IMG/VR virus record: IMGVR_UViG_3300027917_001949
Location: 88,754 to 152,753 of that record
DNA: 64,000 bases
From: a virus
Strand: one strand, 5' to 3'
A model generated the notes under the pieces. That model saw nothing but the letters and a program-made list of their open reading frames with translations, had not been told where the DNA came from and searched no databases. A program made the translations under genes and the position numbers. Below, piece by piece: positions 43,820 through 52,720 of this stretch (positions are counted from its first letter, which is position 1; each line of letters begins with the position of its first letter).

Positions 43820-44212
43820 GTGAGAGATTATATGACAATCGGTAGTAGCCCTTACGATGAGGACTGTGCTCAAGTTGGTACGCCAGACTACTACGAACGA
43901 ACCAAGATTGAGTTAAATGCCCTCAAAAACCAGATGCTACGGGTTCTTGGTGAACCGCCAGCACTTACCAGTCTATCAATCAAAGCGTTTCCTCATGACT
44001 TTGGTACATACCATGAATTGGTTTGTAACTATGACGATGATGATGACGCCAGCACGGAATATGCGTTCAGATGCGAAGCTGAACTACCCGCCAAATGGGA
44101 CGATGAAGCATTGGCAGAGATGAAGGGACACGAGAAACCTACTTACGGTATCGGCACGATAGGTGACCTGAAGGAAAGTGGGTTCGGCGCCTGGAAGAAA
44201 GGGGGTGATTAA
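43820..44212 (+). CDS. Conserved hypothetical phage protein
   Basis: AAGGAG RBS; IGSSPYDEDCAQVG, FPHDFGTYHE. Confidence 0.8.
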   Translation: MRDYMTIGSSPYDEDCAQVGTPDYYERTKIELNALKNQMLRVLGEPPALTSLSIKAFPHDFGTYHELVCNYDDDDDASTEYAFRCEAELPAKWDDEALAEMKGHEKPTYGIGTIGDLKESGFGAWKKGGD

Positions 44213-44547
44213 ACCCTACAGCCAAATGTTCTAAGAGATAAGAATTAATATTGTAGCCAGGTCGAGATTGGGTAATCGTGATGACTAAGCCGTCTAAGAC
44301 GGAGTGCACTAGGGGCAGCGATTACCCTTTCTCATGTTCAGCCTGTTCTGCCATGTTCAGCCGAACCAGACATAGTTCATGGCTGTTCAGTTTTCCTCTT
44401 CAAACAGTCGGCGATTATGCCATGTTATGTAAAGTTCTGTTCAGTCTAATGGCGATTATGCCATGGAGCTAGTCCTGGTACTTGATGCCAAAGCCGCATC
44501 CGCTCTAAAGGTACGCAATCGATTTTTCCTGGCGGAGAAATTGGGGG

Positions 44548-44576
44548 TTGACATTTTATTATTCGCCGCTTATAAT
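44548..44576 (+). promoter_or_regulatory. Strong sigma70 promoter (cassette 3)
   Basis: TTGACA-ttttattattcgccgct-TATAAT. Confidence 0.9.
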
Positions 44577-44582
44577 GGTATT

Positions 44583-44906
44583 ATGATGGATACGAAACAG
44601 GATACAGAGTACACAACAGGAGAAGTCTACATTCTACACTTTAACAGACCATACTGGACGAATTGTCGCCATTACGTAGGGTATACCAAAGTAGGTGTAG
44701 AAAATCGTATCGCAAAGCATCGTGACGGTAAAGGCTCACTTTTAGTCGATTATGCACATAATAAAAAAGATATTGACTTTAAAGTAGGTCTCATTATCGG
44801 CTGCGAAAGCTTGACTCAAGCTAGACGTATTGAGATTCAACTCAAGCGTGAAGGTCATTTGAGTCGCCATTGCGAAATATGCGGAAAGGAGAAGGCTAAT
44901 GGGTAG
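44583..44906 (+). CDS. Minimal GIY-YIG nuclease, probably on a leaderless mRNA
   Basis: VYILHF...HYVGYT...RIAKH..G.GS...E..LK; ATG lies 6 nt after the -10 box. Confidence 0.8.
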   Translation: MMDTKQDTEYTTGEVYILHFNRPYWTNCRHYVGYTKVGVENRIAKHRDGKGSLLVDYAHNKKDIDFKVGLIIGCESLTQARRIEIQLKREGHLSRHCEICGKEKANG

Positions 44907-45839
44907 TCTGGTCGTGAAAATGCAAGAAGATAAAATCACCAAAAACAAGGTACGTCGTTTTACTGATAGCGATGGTCACAACATTTATCTTCAGCCAGAG
45001 GAATGGTCAGAACTCGGCAAACCGGTACACGTCAAGGTCACTGTAGAGAACGACGACGAATAATGAAAGAAAGGATTTCGGGCATTGCAATGCTTAATAC
45101 AGACCCTGGGAATTTTGGCTTTTTTCGGATTGTTCATTGCAGTGGCGTACATGAAATACCACCAGAAAAGAAAGTGGTGAGCCAATGAAGAGATAATCTG
45201 AAACCGGCAAAAAATTGAATAACCTGAGAGTAACAGCGTGGCATTGTTCACGCTGTTCAACTTTTATGGCGATTATGCCGCTACGGCAAGGCTGTTCAGC
45301 CAAAAAAGCCAGAAAGGCAGGCTGTTCAGCGAAAGCGGCGATTATGCCATTTTTTTTAGCTCCTATATGGCGATTATGCCCAGAGCCAGGAGTCACTTTC
45401 TGTTCAGCCAAAAAAGCCGACGGGGAGCTAACATTATGTAAACCTGGCTTTCCTGGCATTATGTCAACCTGGCTTATGTCAACCAATTTTTTCGTTACCG
45501 GAATTTTCGTTATTGGAGCTATCATTATGTAAAGTGGCATAATTGGTATCATCCTTTAGGAGTAGATAAAAGTAATACTTTAGTATCATAAAAAGTGATA
45601 CTTTTGATACTTGTATATTGGGCTTGAAAATTATAAAATTAGGTATACTAAAAAACAGGAGAAAACAAGAGAAAATAAAAAAAGTCCAGATACAAGACAA
45701 AAAGAAGTATCAAAAAGCTATCGGTAGACATACCGAATTCAGTTTGCTATTCTGATAATAAGTTAAGATTAACACTCTTAAGTGTAGACTAATAACAAGT
45801 TGAAAGTGTAAAATAAAATAAAAATTGGAGTCTTAACTC

Positions 45840-46598
45840 ATGAGTAAAGAAATTGATAATTCAACTTTAGGTAGAATGCGGAAAGCGTATGAAACATTCT
45901 TAACACTTGACGGAAAAACTGAAAACGACGCAAAAAACAAACTCAAGGATGATATTGCAATATATAACTCTCAGCATTCAACCAAATACACGTTAGATGA
46001 TATACTTTCGAAATTCGAGAGTATGAATAAATCATCGTCCGGTAATGGTACACGCAAACAAGATAAAGAGACACGAGAGAAAATGATTACAGATACTCAA
46101 AATTTTCTCAGTGTACCTAATCTCGCAACACTTTACAATCGGGGCGAAGTGAAATTGAATGATACTCAGAAAATCGCTTTATTTGATAAACTCGCTATTG
46201 ATAGCGATAACTTAAGTCAATTATTGAGTGAATCATTCAATAACATCGGGGGCATGACTTTGATATGGTCGCCGTATGACAATGATAAGTTTCCTAATCC
46301 TGATAAACTCTTATCCTGTCACGTGGGCGGATGGTATGATAACTCTCCTAATCTCAGGTATCAAGACGCCCCCAGAAAAATTCCTTTACCTAACACAGAG
46401 GAAACCATCAACAAAGAAACCAATATCCTACCACAAAATTATTCGCCTCGAAAAGTAACATCCGGTAAACGCTCAGGCTACAGAGATGAATCATTTACTC
46501 CAGTAGTCGCTATCATACCGGATGATACAATACCGGATGAAAAACCGAAACAGGAAAAACCGAAACAGGAAAAACAAACATCCGGTAAAAAGAAGTAA
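45840..46598 (+). CDS. Orphan protein in a compositionally distinct island; C-terminal EKPKQ repeats
   Basis: 252-aa ORF with GGAG RBS; 15-bp repeats at about 46540-46575. Confidence 0.75.
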   Translation: MSKEIDNSTLGRMRKAYETFLTLDGKTENDAKNKLKDDIAIYNSQHSTKYTLDDILSKFESMNKSSSGNGTRKQDKETREKMITDTQNFLSVPNLATLYNRGEVKLNDTQKIALFDKLAIDSDNLSQLLSESFNNIGGMTLIWSPYDNDKFPNPDKLLSCHVGGWYDNSPNLRYQDAPRKIPLPNTEETINKETNILPQNYSPRKVTSGKRSGYRDESFTPVVAIIPDDTIPDEKPKQEKPKQEKQTSGKKK

Positions 46599-46616
46599 TA
46601 AACTAGACTGATAGTC

Positions 46617-46649
46617 TGGTAGTCTTAACAGTATAAAATAAGACTACCA
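46617..46649 (+). terminator. Hairpin after the 252-aa ORF (possible terminator)
   Basis: TGGTAGTCTTA...TAAGACTACCA. Confidence 0.45.
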
Positions 46650-46987
46650 AAATAAAACCAAAGGATATAAAACAATGATTAATGAAACAATCGCAATAAT
46701 AAAATTAACACTTGAAATTATAGAGAATGATATTAACTTACCCTATCATGAAATACCAGTCGCCAAAACTCACGCCTTAAATTTTTACTGTAAACAATAC
46801 AATATAAACATGTATGAATTAATTACGGTATTACAGTAATGAACTATCGCCATAACAATGACTTGACATAATAGTAGCCGGTAACCCCGCCACCGCCTGA
46901 TAAAAAACCGACGCCGTTATGTCAAGTCGCTTTGTTGTGTTCCCCTAAAATGGCTAGAAAAAATTTCAAAATCGAGCCTAAAAAGAC

Positions 46988-47016
46988 TTGACTTGAGCCT
47001 ACTTTTGTGGTATAAT
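46988..47016 (+). promoter_or_regulatory. Sigma70-type promoter
   Basis: TTGACT-17-TATAAT with TG extension. Confidence 0.8.
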
Positions 47017-47037
47017 ATAATTAGAGGGAGAAGGACT

Positions 47038-47283
47038 ATGAATAAAGTTAAGATTGCGTGCGTGCTTCTTATCATTGGTGTCATCCTATCTATCCTGCTA
47101 ACGTCATGCGGACGTTCTGATACATCACGTACTGACCATTGGTATGTCGAACAGTCTCCCATAACGGGGAGGTATTACGAGATATACAAACACATGGATA
47201 ATTATGCAGCAGGATATTTCGGTATGTCTGAGATAACTGAAGAAGAGTATCTAGAAGGTGTGGAAGATGGATACGTCAGATAG
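47038..47283 (+). CDS. Putative lipoprotein
   Basis: MNKVK + hydrophobic core + LLTSC lipobox; AAGGA RBS. Confidence 0.7.
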   Translation: MNKVKIACVLLIIGVILSILLTSCGRSDTSRTDHWYVEQSPITGRYYEIYKHMDNYAAGYFGMSEITEEEYLEGVEDGYVR

Positions 47284-48412
47284 TTATGCTCAGATGTGTG
47301 CAGCAGCGTACGATTTGTATCCTGAATTATACTCCGAGTTTGTGCGGTGCGTTTCGTTTCCATCCAGTATCTTTTATGGTGATAGAGAACATCAGACGTT
47401 ACTTCCTCATGTCTATCAGCTTAAAGCAGTGATTACTTCGGATGATAGCTTGTTGGTCGCTTTTATGGTTCAGTATGCTGGTAAGTTTAAATATGACTCA
47501 CTGGAAAAACTACTATTGCATATATTGATGTACGAGCATTATAACCGTCTATGGAACGGAGAGACGTGGCGACGTAAGAGAATCTTATAAAGGGGTAGAG
47601 ATGAAAAGTAAATTACTTTGGTTAGGAGTCGGTATAATGTTAATCCTGATAACCATATACATAACAGCGTGTGGTTGTGAAGGTCAGGCATTTCCATTAC
47701 CGTATTTTAGATAATATGAATATGATGTGTGATAATTGTGGACGTAGAGAGGACTTCAGTCCTTTACGTCTTGGTAAGAGATGCGGACTTTGTAAGTCTG
47801 GTAAGTGGATTCCGGTTAAAAATCCGGCTTTTTCAGTCGTGACCAGTTCAGAATCTGTTAAAACCTAGTTGGTGGGGTGTTGGGTCTTGTTTTTCCGTAG
47901 GATTTTAGAATTTTTTTAAATTTGTTACCATTTTAGTGTAACAAAACTTGCCTAACTTCGTAGTATATAAGTAGGGGAAGGTATGCAGTATAGTATATGG
48001 TCAGAAGGATATAGAGCTACTGGTAACAGCAGCGGTGCTAATTTTGAAGGAGTAGGACATGGCGAAACGTTCAGAGAAGCGTGTGACGACCTCGCACGAC
48101 GTGACCAGGTTTTTGCTAAGTACTACAACCCAGAAAAGTTAACCTTGTGGGGTTGTAGGTTGTTCGATAATGAGAGCGATGCGAGAAAGAGCTTTGGATA
48201 AGTTAATAGATGATGTTATCATTAAGTTAATATCTTATGATGAAGAAGAGGACACAGAAACCGCACGATATTTCTGGAACATGTGGAAAGAAGGTATTAA
48301 TGAGGAACATTTCGGTGACTGCACGAATGAACCGAACACATGTACCCGTTGTTTAGCGGAACTTTATTATGAACGTGCAGAAGAACTCATTAATCTAATT
48401 ACGGGGATGTAA
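47258..48412 (+). CDS. Small hypothetical genes (47258-47590, 47671-47868, 47983-48201, 48170-48412)
   Basis: Tandem plus-strand ORFs. Confidence 0.6.
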
Positions 48413-48733
48413 GGGTTCGACAGGGTATTGAGGTATACATAAGCAGGTAGTCCAGGGTAAGACTTAAAACACCCGAAAAAAATAATTGCTGAATGTAATT
48501 TATTTGTAGTCCTCGATGAAGGACTACTCTTCGTGAATGAGGAAGCTGATACTCTTCTCGAAGACCGTTTATCAGCAGACCCTACTGAGTCTTTAGCAGT
48601 AGTTTAAAACTAAAGATGCTCCACGTACAGTAAGACGTTCCGCTGGACGTGTGTAAGAGAGTGAACGTCTGAACCTGAAGAAAGTGTATATGTAGGTATT
48701 CTGGACGGGGAGTTCGACTCTCCCCCATCTCCA
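48403..48733 (+). ncRNA. ssrA: tmRNA (SsrA), about 331 nt, CCA not encoded
   Basis: 5' GGGGATG pairs with 3' CATCTCC-A (G3.U70 alanine identity); TTCGAC D-region; T-arm GGGGAGTTCGACTCTCCCC; helix 2; pk1 AGTC/GACT + GGGT/ACCC; tag ORF 48488-48607. Confidence 0.92.
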
Positions 48734-48912
48734 CAGTGGTGGTAGTAGCTAAATAGTAGCATGCCGATGACGGTAAACGTCATAATCTGGGATAGGGTTC
48801 TTACATGCTTACTACCGCTAGGGATAATATCTGTCGTCGATTTCCAAGGACCTTACATGCTTATGACGTTACGTCATAGATTTTATTTAGCAGGTATATA
48901 TGCTTACGACAC

Positions 48913-49572
48913 ATGAAGACAAGGTTAATAAACTGTCCAGCAGAAGGTAGTATATGGTGCGACGCTTTACACTGTGAGAAGTGTCCAGAGAGATTTCTAT
49001 GCTACTCAACAAAAGGTACGATAAAAATAGTTTCAAGAATACGTTTTAAACGCTTTCGTATTTTCCACTGGATGAACAAGTACGACGACGATAATTTAAA
49101 GGAAATAATTGAAAAGCAGACACATAATAGCGTCAGTAATCGACAGAGAAAATAGTATGACCACGGATATGTACTGTGATGCATATAACTGTATAGAATG
49201 TCCAATACGGTTTAAATGCTTCACTACTACTGGACATTTATACGTGTCATACGAAGAGTATCTGGAAATGCAACCGTTCCGCTGGAAGCTTCACGATGGT
49301 AGTAAAGGTAGAGAAATCCGTCGAGAGACGTGGTGTATCTCTGAAAGGTGTGACCAATGTCCAATTCGCAGTCACTGTACTATGATTCGAGACACTTAAA
49401 TGACCCTTCACTGTGCGTAGCATGTGATAAGAGATTTCAATGTTATACTTCTAGAAAAAGAAGTGAGGACGGATACTGTAATATCGATAGATTTCTGAAG
49501 TTACCTGATGGAGTAGTCAGAGAGGTGCAGATAAGGAAAGCAAAACGGCAAGGTCATTACTTCACAGAATGA
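48913..49572 (+). CDS. Three tandem small CxxCxxRFxC proteins (48913-49155, 49157-49399, 49357-49572)
   Basis: WCDALHCEKCPERFLCYST; YCDAYNCIECPIRFKCFTT; LCVACDKRFQCYTS. Confidence 0.75.
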
Positions 49573-49585
49573 AAAAATATGCAAC

Positions 49586-49930
49586 GTGGACCGACCAATG
49601 GTTAAAGAAACGAATATGGGGGAGAAGTTTAAGATTTACAAGAACTCTCCGGTATGTCCAGGATGTGGGGAGTATATGAGGTATCTTTACTCTCAGCTAT
49701 CATCTGGCAGGTCTGTATGGTCATGTAGGGACTGTGATGTACAGACAGTTACCCATGAATTACCGGAAGAGGATGACCCGAGTAAAATTGTGCCAGTCAT
49801 TACTGGCTTTTTGTATTATGGATATAGAGACTTTGGAGAAGGTTATCTCGGGTTTAAAGATAAGCAAACCGAAATACCGTGGGAAAAATGTGGAGGACGC
49901 TTCACTCCCATTTATGCTTTCAACGTTTAG
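49586..49930 (+). CDS. Zn-ribbon protein
   Basis: CPGCG...WSCRDC. Confidence 0.65.
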   Translation: MDRPMVKETNMGEKFKIYKNSPVCPGCGEYMRYLYSQLSSGRSVWSCRDCDVQTVTHELPEEDDPSKIVPVITGFLYYGYRDFGEGYLGFKDKQTEIPWEKCGGRFTPIYAFNV

Positions 49931-50393
49931 AAAGCTAATAAAGAATGAAGTTCCCCCAACACAACAAGAATTCATTGATAAATTCAAAACTGAATTTCCA
50001 GATACGAAATCACATGGTTTAACATCAAGACTAAAAAGAGCTTACTTGTCATATGTTCGGGAGTACCATCTTGGGTATTTATTAAGGAAGTATTTTAAAA
50101 GGGTTATTTATGACGAGGAGATAGATATAGCTGGTGTTGACTACGTTATAAAATATCGAGGGAGAAAGTTTAATATACATGCATATGTTGATACGGCTGG
50201 TGGTAAGTATTGGAGAGAGATTAAAAACGGAAGACATAATTTTCGTGGTACTCACCTTGACTTACCTATGGATTTAACCACGGGAAAACGATGTGGTAAG
50301 CTTATACTTTACACCGATGACCAGATAATAAAACTAAAAGAGGAAATGGATAGGATTATAAAGGCAAAGCGGAAGGCTGAAGCTAGAAAATAG
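49914..50393 (+). CDS. Putative PD-(D/E)XK nuclease, TaqI-like
   Basis: RLKRAY.SY.REYH...D.AGVD...IHAY; likely start at 49914. Confidence 0.45.
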   Translation: MLSTFRKLIKNEVPPTQQEFIDKFKTEFPDTKSHGLTSRLKRAYLSYVREYHLGYLLRKYFKRVIYDEEIDIAGVDYVIKYRGRKFNIHAYVDTAGGKYWREIKNGRHNFRGTHLDLPMDLTTGKRCGKLILYTDDQIIKLKEEMDRIIKAKRKAEARK

Positions 50394-50482
50394 TCCTCTG
50401 ACATTCGGCTGTGCGTGTACTGACATTTTTTTACGGCTCGTGCCGATATAAATAAAACTATATATATAATATATAAGGACCA

Positions 50483-51210
50483 TTGGACCTCTTGGACCGA
50501 CAGATGAGTGACAAAGAAGACATTATTCAAAATTTGATAACACTAAGCGAATATCTGGATACTATGATTGATGGTCTGGATAAATTAGACAAGACTGACG
50601 ATAAAGCTACTAATCGTAATCTTGTCAATGAGGTCACTTTTGCAATGTTCAATTTGGTAGACAGGTTAGTAAACACAGAAGCTGATATTTATAATTATTT
50701 TCACAGGAGGGATAGGGATTAAATGGGATGCTCGTTAGAACCGATGTTAAAGAAAGCGCACGCTGAGATGCGTAACCCAAAACTTGGGAATATTATTTTA
50801 CATTGTCCAGTATTGAATAGACAAATATGTTTGTGGTGTTGTCTACATCTTGCGGATGCAGGTGACCCAAAGAAAAGAGAGCACATGCTCAATTTGTACC
50901 CTGAGTTGATGGATGTCCAAAAAGTTTCTAATCGTGATTTTGATTCAATGTTTGAAACATGTTCACGTTGTCGTGTAAGGTATTGACTTGGGGCAATTTG
51001 TATGGTATAATGGAAGTAGAGAAGGTAAAGAAGAGGACTAAAGAATTACAGGAACTGACCGCAAAGTTGGGAACTGGATTTTCTTACTCTGAACAAGAAC
51101 TTATACGACGTGTATTTAAAGCCGTAATTTCGCAGATGAAAAATAAAACTGATATAGGGGTCGCACAAGACATCCTAGAAAGGACAAAGTGGTTAGACAA
51201 TGGATTATGA
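50483..51210 (+). CDS. Three small hypothetical genes
   Basis: 50483-50722; 50723-50986 (Cys-rich); ca.51010-51210. Confidence 0.6.
50983..51011 (+). promoter_or_regulatory. Probable sigma70 promoter upstream of clpP
   Basis: TTGACT-17-TATAAT with TG extension. Confidence 0.7.
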
Positions 51211-51775
51211 ACCTATGATTGTTACTGAGTTTGAACGGAGAACACTCAGGGAAAAAAGGAAAATATTAGTTGCTGGTGAGATATGTGAAGGTGATGCTCA
51301 CGAATTCTTAGAGGACATGAATATATTGTTGTCCGAAGATTCGAACGAACCAATCAGACTTATTATAGCTTCTATCGGTGGTGAAGCATTCCCAGGATTT
51401 GCAATGATAAGAGCGATTAGAGCAGCACAGAGACGTGGTATTAGGGTAATCGGAGAGGTAAATGGTTGTGCTTGTTCTATGGCTTTTTTCATGCTTCAAA
51501 GTTGTGACGAGCGTCGCATGGGTACTCTTGACGTGTTGATGGCGCACGGTGTCACTACTGGTCTTATTGGTGATATGAAGAACATAGAGGCAGAAACTAA
51601 ATTACTAAACCACTGGCATACAGAGTGGTCGAGAATAGTTGCTGGTAGGTGCAAAGGTGATTACAACGAGGCTGGTTATTGGTTTGAAGTATTTAGAGAC
51701 AATACACCTTGCTGGTATACCGCAGATGAAGCACTAGAAATGGGATTGGTGGACACAGTAGATGACGCAAATTAA
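51200..51775 (+). CDS. clpP: ClpP-family serine protease
   Basis: PIRLII.S.GG, G.ACSMA (catalytic Ser), LMAH (His), YTADEALEMGLVD. Confidence 0.9.
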   Translation: MDYEPMIVTEFERRTLREKRKILVAGEICEGDAHEFLEDMNILLSEDSNEPIRLIIASIGGEAFPGFAMIRAIRAAQRRGIRVIGEVNGCACSMAFFMLQSCDERRMGTLDVLMAHGVTTGLIGDMKNIEAETKLLNHWHTEWSRIVAGRCKGDYNEAGYWFEVFRDNTPCWYTADEALEMGLVDTVDDAN

Positions 51776-52193
51776 AATAAAGAAGATAGATAAAAAAGCC
51801 ATTGTACCAAAGATAGCGACAAAAGGGTCAGCTTGTTTTGACTTATACTCTTGTGAGGACTTTGTAATGTCGAACGGTCACTTCCAATCAGTGAGGACTG
51901 GTTTGATTTTTGAGATACCGAAAGGGTATCATGTAAAAATATACTCACGCAGCGGAATATCGAAACGTGGTATCATTATTCCTAACTCACCTGGGATAGT
52001 AGACTCTGATTACCGTGGAGAAATTACTGTGATGTTGTATGGACTATTCGTAAAAGGACACGAAATATTCCAAGTTGGTCACAGGATTGCTCAAGCAGAG
52101 CTTGTACAAGGAACTCCAGCGGAGTTTAAAGTGGTTTCGAGTCTATCTGATACGGAGCGTGGGACAAAAGGATTCGGTTCAACGGGAAAATAA
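51762..52193 (+). CDS. dut: Trimeric dUTPase
   Basis: SACFDL, SRSG, GIVDSDYRGEI, RIAQ, RGTKGFGSTG. Confidence 0.97.
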   Translation: MTQIKIKKIDKKAIVPKIATKGSACFDLYSCEDFVMSNGHFQSVRTGLIFEIPKGYHVKIYSRSGISKRGIIIPNSPGIVDSDYRGEITVMLYGLFVKGHEIFQVGHRIAQAELVQGTPAEFKVVSSLSDTERGTKGFGSTGK

Positions 52194-52240
52194 CAATATT
52201 ATAAGCTTGTGTCTTATAGTACAAGGTAAGGAGATTGTAA

Positions 52241-52717
52241 ATGGGAAAGAACTATGAAGTTTATTTAGCGGGTAGGATAGCTAATCTTAGCTATGATGAA
52301 GCAATAAAGGAACGAGACGAACTGACAGAAAAACTTAATGCAATTGGTATCAAATGCCGGACTCCAATGCGGGGTAAACAACACCTACAAAACACTAATA
52401 AAATTACTGCTGATGCATTTAAAAATGGACTGACAGTCCAAGAAGTTATCCAGCGAGACCTTAGTGACTTGGCTGAGGTTGACGCCATTGTCGTATTGAC
52501 AGGAGATGACCCAAGTTGGGGTACAGCGGGTGAGTTTTATTATTGTACATGGATTGCAAAAACACCAACGTTGGTTATTGCCAAAAATCATGTCGGTGGA
52601 TGGATGGAATACTATGCCACCAAGATAGTTCCCGACTTTGATTCAGCGGTGGAAGTACTAAAACATTGGAAGACGTATTGGAATCACAAAGGTTCGGGAA
52701 TATATGATTCGAGGTAG
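52241..52717 (+). CDS. Nucleoside 2-deoxyribosyltransferase/N-glycosidase family protein
   Basis: VYLAG, RD..D...DA, SWGTAGE. Confidence 0.8.
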   Translation: MGKNYEVYLAGRIANLSYDEAIKERDELTEKLNAIGIKCRTPMRGKQHLQNTNKITADAFKNGLTVQEVIQRDLSDLAEVDAIVVLTGDDPSWGTAGEFYYCTWIAKTPTLVIAKNHVGGWMEYYATKIVPDFDSAVEVLKHWKTYWNHKGSGIYDSR

Positions 52718-52720
52718 TGA

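Larger units (their letters stand above)
41780..45545. repeat. Dispersed repeat family: GGCGATTATGCC (7 exact copies), TGTTCAG boxes (about 12), TCTAAAGGTACGC (3), TTATGTMAA
   Basis: Exact GGCGATTATGCC at 42267, 42303, 44410, 44451, 45268, 45337, 45369; variants at 42230, 42338, 43084. Confidence 0.9.

Noticed and set aside
41780-45545. CRISPR array suggested by the recurring GGCGATTATGCC
   Set aside because: Repeats are only 12 bp, irregularly spaced and interleaved with genes and promoters; no cas genes.
42096-45552. ORFs 42096-42362, 44278-44472, 45094-45552, 45215-45532, 45238-45441 and the 5' extension of 44463-44906
   Set aside because: Their GDYA/AIMP/LFS peptides are translations of the DNA repeats; they have no RBS, and some span promoters.
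230-49447. Cys module as a DNA-level mobile repeat, DGR target or intein
   Set aside because: Copies differ at synonymous sites, lack terminal repeats, show no adenine-specific variation, no reverse transcriptase is present in the window, and there are no intein splice motifs.
51200-51775. ClpP as the prohead protease
   Set aside because: It lies among nucleotide-metabolism genes upstream of terminase and is short; not excluded, but position does not support it.
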